The translations under genes were made by a program, and so were the position numbers. Shown here piece by piece: positions 12,940-25,185 of a DNA stretch of 64,000 nt; position 1 is the stretch's first letter, and every line of letters starts with the position of its first letter. Source of the DNA: Moniliella sp. 'wahieum' (Eukaryota); contig RSEE01000012.1 of NCBI GenBank assembly GCA_003971905.1, positions 186,001-250,000 of the forward strand. Reading direction: 5' to 3'. The notes under the pieces are model-generated. The model ran no database searches, was not told the DNA's origin, and worked only from the letters and a program-made list of their open reading frames with translations.

Positions 12940-14791
12940 ATGGCCGTCGCGGGCCTCCCCGTGCTCGCCGCCATCGCCGTCGGCCTCGTCATGTCCTTCG
13001 TCCAGAGCGTCGGCCTCACGCTCCAGCGCAAGTCCCATCTCCAACGACCGTCTCCCGCCCCAGCAGCGCCGCCCCGCCTCCCGCCGCCCACTCTGGCTCG
13101 CCGGCTTCTCCATCTTTATGCTGGCCAACCTCGCAGGCACCGTCTTCCAGATCGGCGCGCTGCCCATCGTCATGCTCGCCCCGCTGGGCGCCGTGTCGCT
13201 GCTGTACAATGCGTTTCTCGCGCGCATCCTGCTGGACGACATGCTCTCGCTCCAAATGGTCCTCGGCTCCCCCTCATCGCCCTGGGCGCCGGCACAGTGG
13301 GCTACTTTGGCGCGGTGCCCAGTCCGCCCATACCCTCCCCCAGCTCCTTGCCCTGTACGCGCGTCCGCCCTTTGTGGCGCTGGCGACGCTCTTGGCTGTG
13401 GCCTGGCAGCGGCCCTGCTCACGGCGCACCTGACCGAGTGGAAACTGCACCACCCGTTCCCGCGCCGTAAGCGCCGGCGCCGTCGCACCCACCACACCAA
13501 CCGCCTCTCCACCCTCGCCGAGGTCAACGAGAACCCGTCGGGCATCACCACCCCGATCCTCACCGTCGCTGACGAGGCGGCGCGCCGGGGCTTGCCCACC
13601 GACCGTCTTGTGGCCGCTGCGCGCGAACAGGGGCTCTTGCCCCAACACCTTTCGTCCACACCCCTCCACCCCGCCGGTCGCGGGAGGCAGTACCGCTCTG
13701 CGCTGGCCGTGTTGCGCGTCAAGATGTCTGGTGGTGCGCCGGGCAGCAGCCGATGGGTACGGCACGTTGCCGCGCTCGGTCTGGATGTGCTCGAGGCGCG
13801 CCGGACGCGGCGCACGCGGCTGTGCTGGGTGTGCTGTATGCGGGGCGAGCGGGACCTTATCTGGAGTGTGCCTTTGCTGGCAAGACGGCGGTGGAGCTGC
13901 TGCTGGTTACTCTGGACGGGAGAGTCAGTTGCAGTTCTACCAGACGTGGGTGCTGGTGGTAACGTTGGGGGTGTGCGCTGCTACAGCTGTGGTACTTGAA
14001 CAAGAGTCTGCGTTGGGCCGACCCGACGATCGTTTGTCCCCTTGCCTTTGCCTGTACAACTCGACGTCGATCCTGTTGGGTCTGGTGTACTTTGACCAAG
14101 TGGATGTGCTGACGGCGTGGGACCTGCGCATGGTGCTGCTGGGCACGGCTGCTGCTCGCCGGGGTCTGGCTCATCTCTCTGCACCGCCAATCCGCTGAAG
14201 ATGCGCTGCTGGCACTCGACCCAGAAGAAGCTGCTGCGTTACTTTCGTCGCCTGCCTTTCACCTTGTTCCCCGTCGCTCGGGCATCGGGACCTGCCTCCA
14301 CTCGACACGCAACCGGGACCCTCACCACCCGCCCCGGCCTCATCTGCTCCACCTCTACAATCGATCGAGCCGTACGTGGCTCGCGCGCGCCCGCGGCCCA
14401 AGCTGAGGCGACCAGCCCTACACCAACTTCTGGGACGGCGGATTCAGCATTGGTCTCTCGCCTTCGTCGCCAGGCTTTCAATTTGCGCATCGGAGCGGCC
14501 CAAGCCAAGCTCGTCCATTCCCCCTCTCCCACCTTCCCTTCCTTCCCCCCATCACCACATCCCCTCCTTCGCCTACCTTCTTCCCCGACCGCTCGCCCAT
14601 ACGAGCCAGGGGAAATGTACCCTGCGCTGTTTCCCTCTGCGCCAGCTGCTGCGCCAGCTGCTGCCGCCCGTCCTACCCGCCGAGGAAGAGAACAGTTCGG
14701 CATGGGGCGTGGAGTTACCTTCGCTCGACCCATCTCCTTCGAGCCGCCTGGCCGCGTCTTACCGCGGCCATGGTGGGACGGGGGGTGGTAG
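12940..14791 (+). CDS. NIPA/DUF803 magnesium-transporter-family membrane protein
   Basis: SFVQSVGLTLQRKSH, RRPLWLAGF, GTVFQIGALPIVMLAPLGAVSLLYNA, CLYNSTSILLGLVYFDQ. Confidence 0.85.
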
Positions 14792-15136
14792 ACTGGGGCC
14801 TGGGCCGTCTCTCGCTCTTCTTCCGTCCGAGGCTCTTCGCCCTTGCGCGAGCATGGGAGAGAGGCGAGCGGAGCGCGCATTTAACCTTTCCATTCTACCA
14901 TCTCCACTATCCATTCTACCTCTCCATCTACCTCTCCACTCTACATCCCCCACCTCCAACCTCCACACATCCACTCACTCCACTTCACTCCACTCCACTC
15001 CACTCGCCTATCCGCTTCATCCTCTGCTGCGCATCGCTCCGCTCTCTTTTCTAACCCTCTGTTGTGTATCGTGTGATGGCAAGATGGATGGATAGTCAGA
15101 TCTCAGATATCAGATCTTAGATCTCAGAGCAAACAG

Positions 15137-15720
15137 TTACACCTGGATCAACCGATCGTTCTCCCCTCTCGTGCGCGAGCCAGGTGCGGCGGCACATCCA
15201 CCAACCTGCCACAACAGATGCGAGTTGAGGAAGTTCAGTGGACCTCGGCGGCGAATAAACGTAGGTTGCAGACGTAGCGTTCTTGCTCTTGCTCCTTGCT
15301 CTTGCTCATGCTCTTGCTCTGTGCTGGCACTTGCGCTGGCACTTGCTCGGTGGCCGACAGGGGTGTGGGTGGGGGACAGTGAGGTAGTGGCAGGGTAGAC
15401 CAGTCCACGATTATGAATCAAGACAGTTTGACCTTCGTCCGATCGGAGGCGGTACATGGCATCTACCACTTCTGTCCCATCAGGGCGGAGGATGGGCAAG
15501 TCCGCTCCGCCAGGTAGGTCGACGGTACGCCCACGCGTTTCCAGAGGGGGATACGGCGTCCAACGACCACCTACGATGGGCCAAATTTCGGTCCGGTGGC
15601 CGTCCGAGGTGAGCCCCGAAGTGGGGAGGGAACGGCTGCTCCACCGCACTGCACGTCACGACCAAGTTCATCACTAACTTCAACGTAGGACGATCATGTT
15701 CTGCCCCGTCTCCCAGACGC
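15137..15720 (-). CDS. DUF3237 (UPF0311) family protein, core domain; low-complexity N-terminus may extend to about 16630
   Basis: WPIVGG, PGGADLPILRPDG..VDAMYRLRSDEGQTVLIHNRG, RLQPTF, LNFLN. Confidence 0.75.
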
Positions 15721-16959
15721 TGCGGGCGCGAAAGCGCCCTAGCGCGCGGGGGACAGAGCCGCAAAGAAGGCTGTGACGCCACGCCCTCCTCCGGCTGCCC
15801 CGATAGGCACAACGACAGGGCACTGGGCTGAGGCTGGAGCTGAGGCTGAGGCTGAGACTGAGGCTGAGGCGGAGTCTGGAAGTGAGGCTGAAGCTCGGCT
15901 CAGATTCGGGCTGGGCAGAGGATCGGGAACGAAAAAGCGGTCGTCCTTACCGGTGCGAATCGACTGATCGAGCGGACGGGAGTGGCGCGCCCGGTCGAGC
16001 GGGATGGGCGGTAAGGGCTGGGCGCAGCGTGGGCGTGGCAAAGTCGCGCGAGACACGGTGGCAATGTGGGGTGTGGGTGTGGCTTCGTGCGAGAGAACCG
16101 AGGCCTCTCGACGGGCGAGAGGAGCTTGCGCGGCAACACTCCCGAGCTAGGCGGGGGCTTGCCATGGCCCGGCGGGAGAGCAGGGTGGGTGGAGCCAGCG
16201 TATGTGTGTGTGCGTGTGTCTGGGGCAGCGTCTGGGACTGCGTATGGAGTTGGAGGTGGGATGGGGTCGGGTCTCGCCTTTCTTGGACGGCGGCTGCAGC
16301 GGCGGCGGCGGCGGCGGCCGAGCCCGCCGCGTCTGGCCCTCATGCTCGCGGTCGTACTGGACCCTTCCAGTCGCCGTCCGAGTCGCTGTCGGATCGGCGG
16401 GCGCATGGGGAAGGGGCGAGAGGTCGGAGGAGAGGGAGGCGGTGTGGGCGGGGGCGAAGGCCGTGGGGCGCGGGAGGGCGTGCGCTTGGGGGGCGAGGGC
16501 GGGCCGGGCACACAAAGGGCGCGAGGCGCGGGTGCGGCGGGTGTGGGGGAGGAGGCTGCGCTGCTGAGGAGGAGGAGAGGTGTAGCCGTGCCCGACGGCG
16601 TCGATGCGTACTCGCTGGTCCACTCCATCGGCGACGGCAGCCAGCACAGCGGACACGGCGACGGCAGCGGCGAGCTGGGCGCGCGGGCTCTTCCCAACGT
16701 TCAACGCCACCGCCGAGGCAGAGTTCGAACGCGCACTCAGTATCACTATCTCACTGATCTCAGCACCGGCCTCAGCCTCACCCATCCTGATCTGAGATCT
16801 TATCGCCTCGCACGTCCGTGCCCTCTTCCGTTCCCACGGTCACGTGCCCCGCCCGCGTCAACCGCGTCACACCCGCCGCCCATTCGCGGCGTCTCGCGCA
16901 GCACACCTCGCCCACACGCACAACACCACCAACACCACCACCCAGCCACCACCACCAGC

Positions 16960-18288
16960 ATGCGCACCTTCTCGCTCACTCGCGACGACAAGGAGAACGC
17001 AATCTCGCCTCTCCGACTCCCCGCCGCCGCGCAAGCTCTCCAAGCCAGCCCGCCCAAGCCCGCGCCCAAGCCCAAGTCCAAGACCCTTCCCCCCCGAAAG
17101 CCAAGCCGGCATCCAGCAAACGTGCGCCCAAGCCGGCCGCGTCCGCCGCTCGCAGTCCGCCCACGCGCAAGCGTCCTCTTCCCGACGCCGACCGAGACGC
17201 GTATTCAGAGGAGGACGGGGAGGGGCAGACGTCGGTGCCGGTCGAGGACGAGGATGAGGACGAGGACGAAGAAGAGGACCCAGATGCAGCCCAGTGGAAG
17301 ACCAAGTTTGACCTGCTGGCACGGGAGAAAGAGGAGTTGCAAGCGCAGTTTGACCAGCTTTACGCGCTTCGTCACACCAAAGCTGAAGCGCTGCTGAAAC
17401 AGCTCACCCAGGCTGCCGAGGAGCGGGACCGGCATGCACGCGAGACGATTGCTGAGCTGCGCAAGCAATTGGCGAATGGGTATGGGTCGCACAGTTCCTC
17501 CTCTCTCTCTTCTGCCCGACCTTCTACAGCAGCCGAAGGAGATCGTGCGGTCGACCCAGAGACGGGGGAGCCGCTCTCGGCGCACGAGGCAGTCCAGCTC
17601 CTGGAACTTGCGAGGCAAGATAAGCAGGAAGCACTCCAGGCACAAGAGGCGCTCGCTGTTGAAGTCCGGGAGACGCGCAAGTTGCTCGATGCGGAAGTGG
17701 CAAGTTCCAAAGCGCTTCTGTCACGATCGCGCGGCCCGGCGGCCGTGTCGGTGGCCAAGACCAAGACCGATGGGTCAGAGGAAGAGCGTGCGGTGCGACG
17801 ACTGTACGAGGATTTGACGGGGATTGTGTTACGTTCGGTGGAACGTCTTGAAGAGGGAGGATCAACGTCCCCCCTCTCTCCTGGCGACGACGTTGACGCC
17901 AGCTCGCTGCGGTTCAAAGGTCTATTCGCCTCCAAGGGCTTCTTTTGTGCGTTTCCTTACCTCCCCCCCCGCCCCCCCGCCCCATCTTGTTCCGCATTTC
18001 GTTTTTCTCTCTCGTTTTTCTCCCCTGCAGGCTGCTAACCTGTGCTTCTGGTGTCAAACACAGCTATCGAATTGTCCTGCAATCTTTCCCTTCGGACACG
18101 AGTTCACCTCTTGGCAGACTTCGCTTCGTGCCCTCGCTTCGTCCCGAGAGGCACGAGGATGCCGAGTTGATCCAATGGCTCAAGCAGAATGGTGCGCCGT
18201 TCCTTACCAAGCCACTTTCGTTGGACGCGATACCGCCCCTCGCTTCCTCGCCCATTTCCTCAATGCCTACGACGCCCAAGACGAATAG
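16960..18288 (+). CDS. Monopolin subunit Csm1/Pcs1-like (coiled coil plus C-terminal RWD-like domain); intron about 17947-18063
   Basis: N-terminal KEN box (DKEN), coiled coil, RLYEDLTGIVL motif, C-terminal FVPSL...PFLTKPLSF. Confidence 0.65.
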
Positions 18289-19259
18289 TGAGTACTGGGT
18301 GGGATGGGACCGAAACACGGCGGGTCACACTGGTCGCCGTGACCGTCTGACCGTTGGACGGCACGGAGGGGCGGGTTGCATGTACTTTTTTTTTGTTATA
18401 GAAGAGATGGAATGTGCTTGATGCACGACGCCAATGTGAATACTGTAGTCCTGCTGGTGCAGGGACTGCCAGATGAACCCGAGTGTTTGCTGCCGGGTTG
18501 GCCAGGATAGGCCACTCCTATAGCGCCTAGGGAGGCGTTTAGATCCTGAAAAGGGAACAAGCGAGACTCCCCTGCAGTTCCATGATCATTCAATTGACGG
18601 GAACGTCAACGTTGGCGACACTGGTTCAAGCTTCAATCTTCAAGCTTCGACTCGTCATGCGTCACTTGAGCCGGAGAGAGTCTGAAGACCAGGAGGCAAA
18701 CGACGCCATTGATATTGACCTGCGACCTCCTGGTTGGATATCGAGTACGAGTATCCAAATTGCGCCAGCCCCCTCTGTAACCGGTAACCCTACCTTTCAA
18801 ATGTACTGGATGAGTTCAGCTAGGAGTTTGAAGTTTGAAATTGGATGGAGGCTGAGCGCTCACAGCCCCCCCGCCCCGCGGCAAAGCAAAGTTTGGCGCT
18901 CGCCACGCCCAGCACCAAGCTGATCAATTAAAATTGATGCCTTGGCCAGGTTGCTACTTTGGCAGCTTGATTGCTTTTGCTGCTTGGGGCTCGGGCCAGC
19001 GCTCGGTCCGTGGCCAGCAACCCACCAACCGAATCTGCCCATCTGCCCATGCCATCTGCCCATCGTATCAATGGCATCCATCGCACATCTCAGATCTCAT
19101 TAACTCATTCGACATCTCTTCATTAATCATTGAGCTAATTGATCTCATCGATTTCATCGATCATCTCGCATCTCCGTCGAGGTGTTGCTGGCATGTTGCG
19201 ACGGAGTACTGATTGTGAGTACGAGTGGACCGGGGAACGCCGTACGCGGTACGCAAGAC

Positions 19260-19357
19260 ACAGGACACAGGACACAGGACACAGGACACAGGACACAGGA
19301 CACAGGACACAGGACACAGGACACAGGACACAGGACACAGGACACAGGACACAGGAC
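19260..19357. repeat. Perfect 7-bp tandem repeat (ACAGGAC)x14 with degenerate flanks
   Basis: Read directly. Confidence 0.97.
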
Positions 19358-20162
19358 GCAGGACGCAGGAAGCAAGACGCAATATGCGCCCCGCTGAACG
19401 GTCAAGTTGACCCAAATGGGCTGCTCGGGTTCATCTGTTGCTCTAAGCCACTCCTTTAGTGGGTATAGCTAGGAGCCCGACGGGGGAAAGGCCGGGTATC
19501 GAGTCATCGAGTCATCGCGTCACTAGCTTCACTGGTCATCCGGTTTCGGTTCGGATGGCTCAAATGTGCTACGAACGTGGACGAGCCTGCTGGGGCCTGA
19601 TGATGCAGATGAAGCTGATGAAGTGCAGGCTTGATGCACAGACACCTTCTGCTACAGGCGTCGGGCCGAAGGATTAATGATTCCTCACTTGAAGTGCATC
19701 GTCCTTGCTTGGCTTTTGGTTTAGGGACGGAGATAAGCTGGTGCGCTTCCAGTATTCAGTACTCCGTCCCGTCTCTTGCTCCCTTGTTGCAAGAGAGAGA
19801 TGGGGAACGTCAGGAAGCGTGAAGGTATGCTGGGGAGGGGAGAAGACCAAGAAACCAAGATCGAAACGCGGAGGAACGCACGTGTCTGTCGAGCAGGATG
19901 GTCACTAGGCCACTAGGGTCGTGGGTCACCGATCACCGGTCACGGTCACCCCACTGGTCAGTAGCGTCACTGCGATGGTTCTTGGCTCCCGCTTGCCTCA
20001 GCTCACGCTCACGGCTCACGATCCCGAAGCAAATTGAGGCGAGTTGGCAGGTACGGAATATATATAGACCCACCCCTGCTCTCCCCCGAGCGCGGGCGGC
20101 GCCAAACACACCCCACACCACACCACACACCAGACACCAGACACCACATCCTGTTAGTGATC

Positions 20163-21442
20163 ATGCCACGTGTCGCCACCACCACCCAACTTCAACCCCA
20201 ACGCCGGCGCCGACGCCGACGCCGACGCCAACCCCAGCCCGGCCGGGGCACGTCAAGCTCGGGGGCCGGGTGTGAGCCATCGATTGACCTAAGCAACAAT
20301 CTTGCGGCGGTGGTGTACGGAGCGCAAGATATGCGAATTGAGAGCGAGCGGTGGTTTGCCTGGTGCGGGGGAAGCGTTGGTGCGGGTAGTGGTGCAAGGG
20401 ATTTGCGGTACGGACGTGACGGCGTTCATGCGTGGAGCGGTGGGGGGACGAACGATCCAAGAGCCCATGACGTTGGGGCACGAATGTGCTGGGGAGCTAA
20501 TTGGGTTACCTGATGGGGTGGAAGAGGTTCCTCAAGCGGATGGACGACCGAGTGCTCGGATCGGGGACCGCGTAGCGGTCAAACCAGGCATTCCGTGTTT
20601 GACGTGTCGCCAGTGTTCTGCCGGGCACATTAATCGGTGTGAAGCCGAACGGTACTTTGCCAAACCGCCTACGAACGGTAGCATGGCGCAGTACATTTGT
20701 GTGCGACAAGATGCGTTGGTGCGCTTGCCGGATACAGTAACCTGGACCACGGCCGGGTGCATGCAACCGCTTGCGATTGGGGTGCAAGTGGCACGGCGAG
20801 CGCAACTCAAGCCGTGTCAGACGGTCGCCATCTTTGGCTTGGGTCCAGTGGGCCAGATTGCCACGGCGATGGCCAAAGCCAATTGCGCCAAGACGATCGT
20901 GGCGATTGATGTGGACCCAACCCGGGTTGCCTGGACGCAAAACAAACCCCCTCACTTGCGTCCGGACCATGTATTTCTCAGTCCGTGGAACGCCGAGCGC
21001 TGGGCCGAACTCGCCATGTCTCGCCACAGGAAAAGTTGGCCGTGTGCCAAAAGCAGGCCCAGGACTGGCTCCGTCAGGCCGGCTTGCCCCATGGTGTGGA
21101 TGTGGTGATTGAGGCGTCGGCCGCGGAAGCAGCCAGCATGCAGGGCATGGAAATGCTCGATTTTGGTGGGACCTACACCCACGTTGGCATTTCCAGCTTC
21201 CCGCTGTCGAGCATTTGCTGGTACCGCGTAACAGGACGCGAGTTGACGCTCCATGGGGTTCTGAGGTACGACCGCGGCTGCTTGAGGATGCACTGACCCT
21301 CTTGGAGCAAGGCAAGATTTCCGCCGACGACTTGGTAACCGACCATTACCTCCTGCCCCAGGCTGCCGAGGCCTTCCGTGCCGTCGCACAACACAAAGGA
21401 ATCAAGACCTTGGTTTGGATGGACGAAATCCGGAACGATTGA
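20163..21442 (+). CDS. Zinc-dependent medium-chain dehydrogenase, sorbitol/xylitol (polyol) dehydrogenase-like
   Basis: GICGTD, LGHECAG, structural Zn site CLTCRQC...NRC, Rossmann motif IFGLGPVG plus AIDVD, C-terminal HGVLRY. Confidence 0.88.
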
Positions 21443-21889
21443 ACAATGCATATCCTCTGCCCATGCAACGCGCTACCCATAGCCTCATTGCAGGTAGCAC
21501 ACAGCATCGCGACGATAAAACTAGGCGCATGTCATTAGGGTGAGAGGGCGTGAGTGGCTGATGTGCATTCCATTAGGGTGAGAAGGGGTGAGGTGCATTT
21601 GATTAGGGTGAGAGGGAGTGAGAGGGTGCAACGGCGGGGGTATTGATACAAAAAGTGCATAAACGAGCACTGTGGATTCAAGCTTCAACAATAAACAGTA
21701 CCCAGTACTGAAAACGTTTCAGCCGAGGCAAGGGGCCAAGCCCGACCAAAGCCAAAGCCAAAGCCAAAGTAAAGCAAAGCAAAGCAAAGCAAAGCCAAAG
21801 CAAATAAGGGTATAACGGCGGGTGTGATCGCTGATCCCGCACAGAGGGGTAATGGGGGGGGTTATCGGTTACATGTTACATCCCGCATC

Positions 21890-24217
21890 TCATCTTCTCA
21901 TCAGTCGATCGAGCAGAGCATGGGGGCAGGGTGTGCTGGGAGAGGGAGGTGGGGAGGATGGGCGCAGGGGGAGAGAACCGGCCCGATCCGAGGAGGGTAG
22001 GCGATGGGGACTCCACTCGTCCCAGGCTGGAGCCGAAGGAAGCGGAACGGGATCGACGGCGGCAGGACCAGGGGCAGTGGAGGCGCGCAGGAGGATTGCC
22101 AGCTCCAATTTTTCCTCGTCCTGGTAGGGGGTTGAGAGCGGGAGGTGTCGGCACTTTTGTGGATCAGGCGAACAGCTAAGCGGCAAAGGCGAAGGAGATG
22201 GAGAAGGCGAAGTGAACGCATAAGCGTACGGGTAGACGTAGATGGAGGCACAAGTCCCGACCCCGACCCCGACCCAGACTCAGACGTATCCAAATGCGGA
22301 GGGACCGAGGATGGGGCCAGACGAAACGAAGGCTCGTACCGCGTGGGAGGGGAGGGCAGCAAGGCCAGCGTTAACCCCGACATTGACGTGGATGCCGACG
22401 TTGGCGCCGACAAAGCCGGGTGGGCTTCGATCGCTTTCCCCTTTCCCAGCGCCAGGGGGCGCAACTCGAACCCGTGCGCATCGGGAAGGGGCGGGGCAGT
22501 AGGTGCAGTAGGTGCAGTCAAGTCTGCCGAACCAACCAGGGGAGACGGGTGGGAAGCGGCAGCGCGCAACGTGGCCAAGACACGTTATCGTCCGTAGCAA
22601 CGTGTGCCGTGGTAATGGACCCAGGCACAGGCAGAGGCACAGGCACCTGACCAGAAAGAGAATGAGGATCAGAAAGAGAATGAGGAAGAGGAGTCAAAGC
22701 CGAGCCCAAAGGTGGGGGGAGCAGCTGTGGCGACTTGACGTCCAGCGCCCCAACCTCACCCGCTTGCACCGGGTGAGCAAGCGGGACCGGAGCAGCGGTC
22801 GAATGGGAAGGGATGTAAGCGGGTGGAGAGAGGTCAGGGGCATCGTCACCGTCATCGGCGCCGGCACTGGCACCGGCATCGACGTCAACGTCAACGTCGG
22901 GGCCCCGCGTGTCGACAGCAGCGGCCAAAAGGGAAGGTGGACGTTCCCGCGCCCGTCGGGCTAGGGACAAGAGTCTCGACCTGGACTGGTGTGGGGCGGA
23001 AAGGTCGTATGGATACACTGTTGATCCGGACGCGGTCCTCTCGGGCTCGGTACGACGGCGAGAAAGGTCCACCCCCTCCGTGTCCTCTTGGAGCTGGCGC
23101 CACTCGGAAATTTGGGCCTTGAGCATGGTAATTTGGTTGAGAATGTACCTCTGTGCCAGGTCGCGCTCTTCCTGCGTAAGAGGAACTTCGTCCCGCGCGA
23201 ATGCCCCGGCTGCAGTGGGCTGTGCGGGCGGCGGTCCGGTCGGCGCGGGCGTCAACACGATCGAGGGACGGGGGGGGGAAGTCATCGAGCCCACCGCTTC
23301 TTCCGGCGGATGATATGGCGAGGCGGCGTCCGGGTCCGAGTCGGAGCTTGGGGAAGATGAGTCGGAGGCGCAGGTGGAACAATTCCTCTGGTCCAAATCG
23401 GAACTGGCAGCATCGTCTTGGCCAGGCGATGGGGTTGGATGGATACCGTCGCCTGGAAGACACAGACGAGGCGGAGATGCGGGGGGCATCGGGGCTGTCG
23501 TGGAGCGAAGCAGAGACATGACCATCCTGCGATGAGGCGGCGCGGATACTGGGAGGGGAGCGAAGACGACGTTCGGAGGACGTGTGAGGGGAGCGCGTTT
23601 TGTTCCCGCGCCAGGCGAGACGGGGTGGAGTAGGGGTGGTGGCCAGGGAGCTGGCGGGGCACGCATTTCTCAGTCGATCCCATCGATGTGTCTTGCGTTG
23701 GATATGGTGCTGCATCTTCTCTTCTGCGCGCTGCATGCGAGTGCGGAGGACACGCTCTACCACCTCGGTCTCGGTCTCACCCGCTTCCATGGTGAGGGAA
23801 CGGTCGCGGTCAAAGATGATCACCACGGCGCCAATAATGAGCAAAATGATGATGGCGAGAAAGAAGGAGGTGATAAAGACAGCCTTGCGCTGGTACCACG
23901 GCGTTCGTGCGCGGGGAATCCAGCCGGCCTGGTTGTCAGGTAAGCCGGAGGCGCTGGTCTGGAAGTGGGCGGTCTGGGTGACCCAATGGGTAGAGATGGC
24001 ATACTAGGCATGGCAACGCGCGAGGGTCAGGATGGGCCAGACAGGGAAGGAAGCAAAGACGCACGGAAAGGCTATGGGAAGGCTGGGTGGAGGTGCTCGA
24101 GGTGGGGGCTGATGATGAGGTGAGCACGGGGGGGAGGGGAGAGGCGAGGGCGAAGGTGAATGCGCACAGCAGCCCCAGGGCGAGGAGGCATGAAGACAGG
24201 CGTCGTCGTGGCCGCAT
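21890..24217 (-). CDS. Hypothetical single-pass membrane protein with signal peptide and long Pro/Ser-rich cytoplasmic tail
   Basis: N-terminal hydrophobic stretch (LLALGLLCAFTFALA), WYQ motif then TM (VFITSFFLAIIILLIIGAVVII), PPAY motif in the tail. Confidence 0.6.
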
Positions 24218-25185
24218 GGCCAGAGCGTGCCGGACGGAGGCAGGCCGTGAGTGGTGGTGGTGATGGTGGTGGTGGTGATGGTGGTTGTGATGGTGATCGG
24301 TGCCAATGGTGGGGGCCGGGCCGAGGGGCAGGCGAGGGCGAACTGCGAAGTGCGAGCATGCGGGGGGGGGCGAGAGCAGCTGAGGTAAGAGCAACCCTAG
24401 TGGCTTGGGGCGTTTACCTTGTTGTTGATTAATGATGGGCGCTGGGCAGGCAAGGGGCCACAGGATGTGCAGCGGTAGGGTTCTGTGGTAGGTACACTAC
24501 CACAGTGCCTGGGGGGTGCGGCGCGCGTGCGGCCGAGGAGGGCGTGAGCGCGGGGTCACGTGGCGCGGGGAGAAGGCCGCGGCGAGTCGGGCGGCTGGGG
24601 CGGGCGGGGGAGAGGCGCCGGCTGGTCTCGGCTGTGGACGGCGCCGCACACCCACACTGGCGCGGTGCTGGCTGGGGTAATGGGGCGGGAGCGGGTCACG
24701 CGGTCGCGCTGCAGCGCTGCAGCAGCCTCGGCAGGTGTACGCAGAAGCACGCACTACGCAGGCCAACGTCCAGCCCAGGCGACCGATTCAAGCGGTGCTG
24801 GGCTGCAGTGTGGTGCGGGCGCTGCTGCTCGCACGTCACGTGGCGTGCAGCCACCAGGATGGGAGATCGATATTCGATTGGGTGATGCCTGGTGCCAGCT
24901 CCGAGCTCCGAGCGTCGGAGGCCGAGCCGAGGCTCACATTCTCAGTTGTCAGTCTCGCGTCCCACGCAGCCTCCCACTATCTCGGCCTTTTTTTCGGCCC
25001 AGCGCCAAGCCAGGCCCACGGGTTGCATGCTTACATCCACGCCCCCAGCCGCTACAAAAGCCGCCTCCCGCCCCTCCATCCCCACTCTGCCCCGCCCAAT
25101 CCCCCCGCGCGACAGACGGCCACAGTCTGCCACATAGTCTGCTGCTGCGACACCCCCGGCGCCGCCTCTCTCGTGCCAGCCCACC

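Noticed and set aside
9600..17400. Many long overlapping antisense ORFs
   Set aside because: Expected from very high GC content and shadow frames of the real genes
19260..19357. Repeat array as CRISPR, or its TQDTGHR/CPVSCVL ORFs as genes
   Set aside because: Simple 7-bp tandem without spacers in a eukaryote; the ORFs are repeat artefacts
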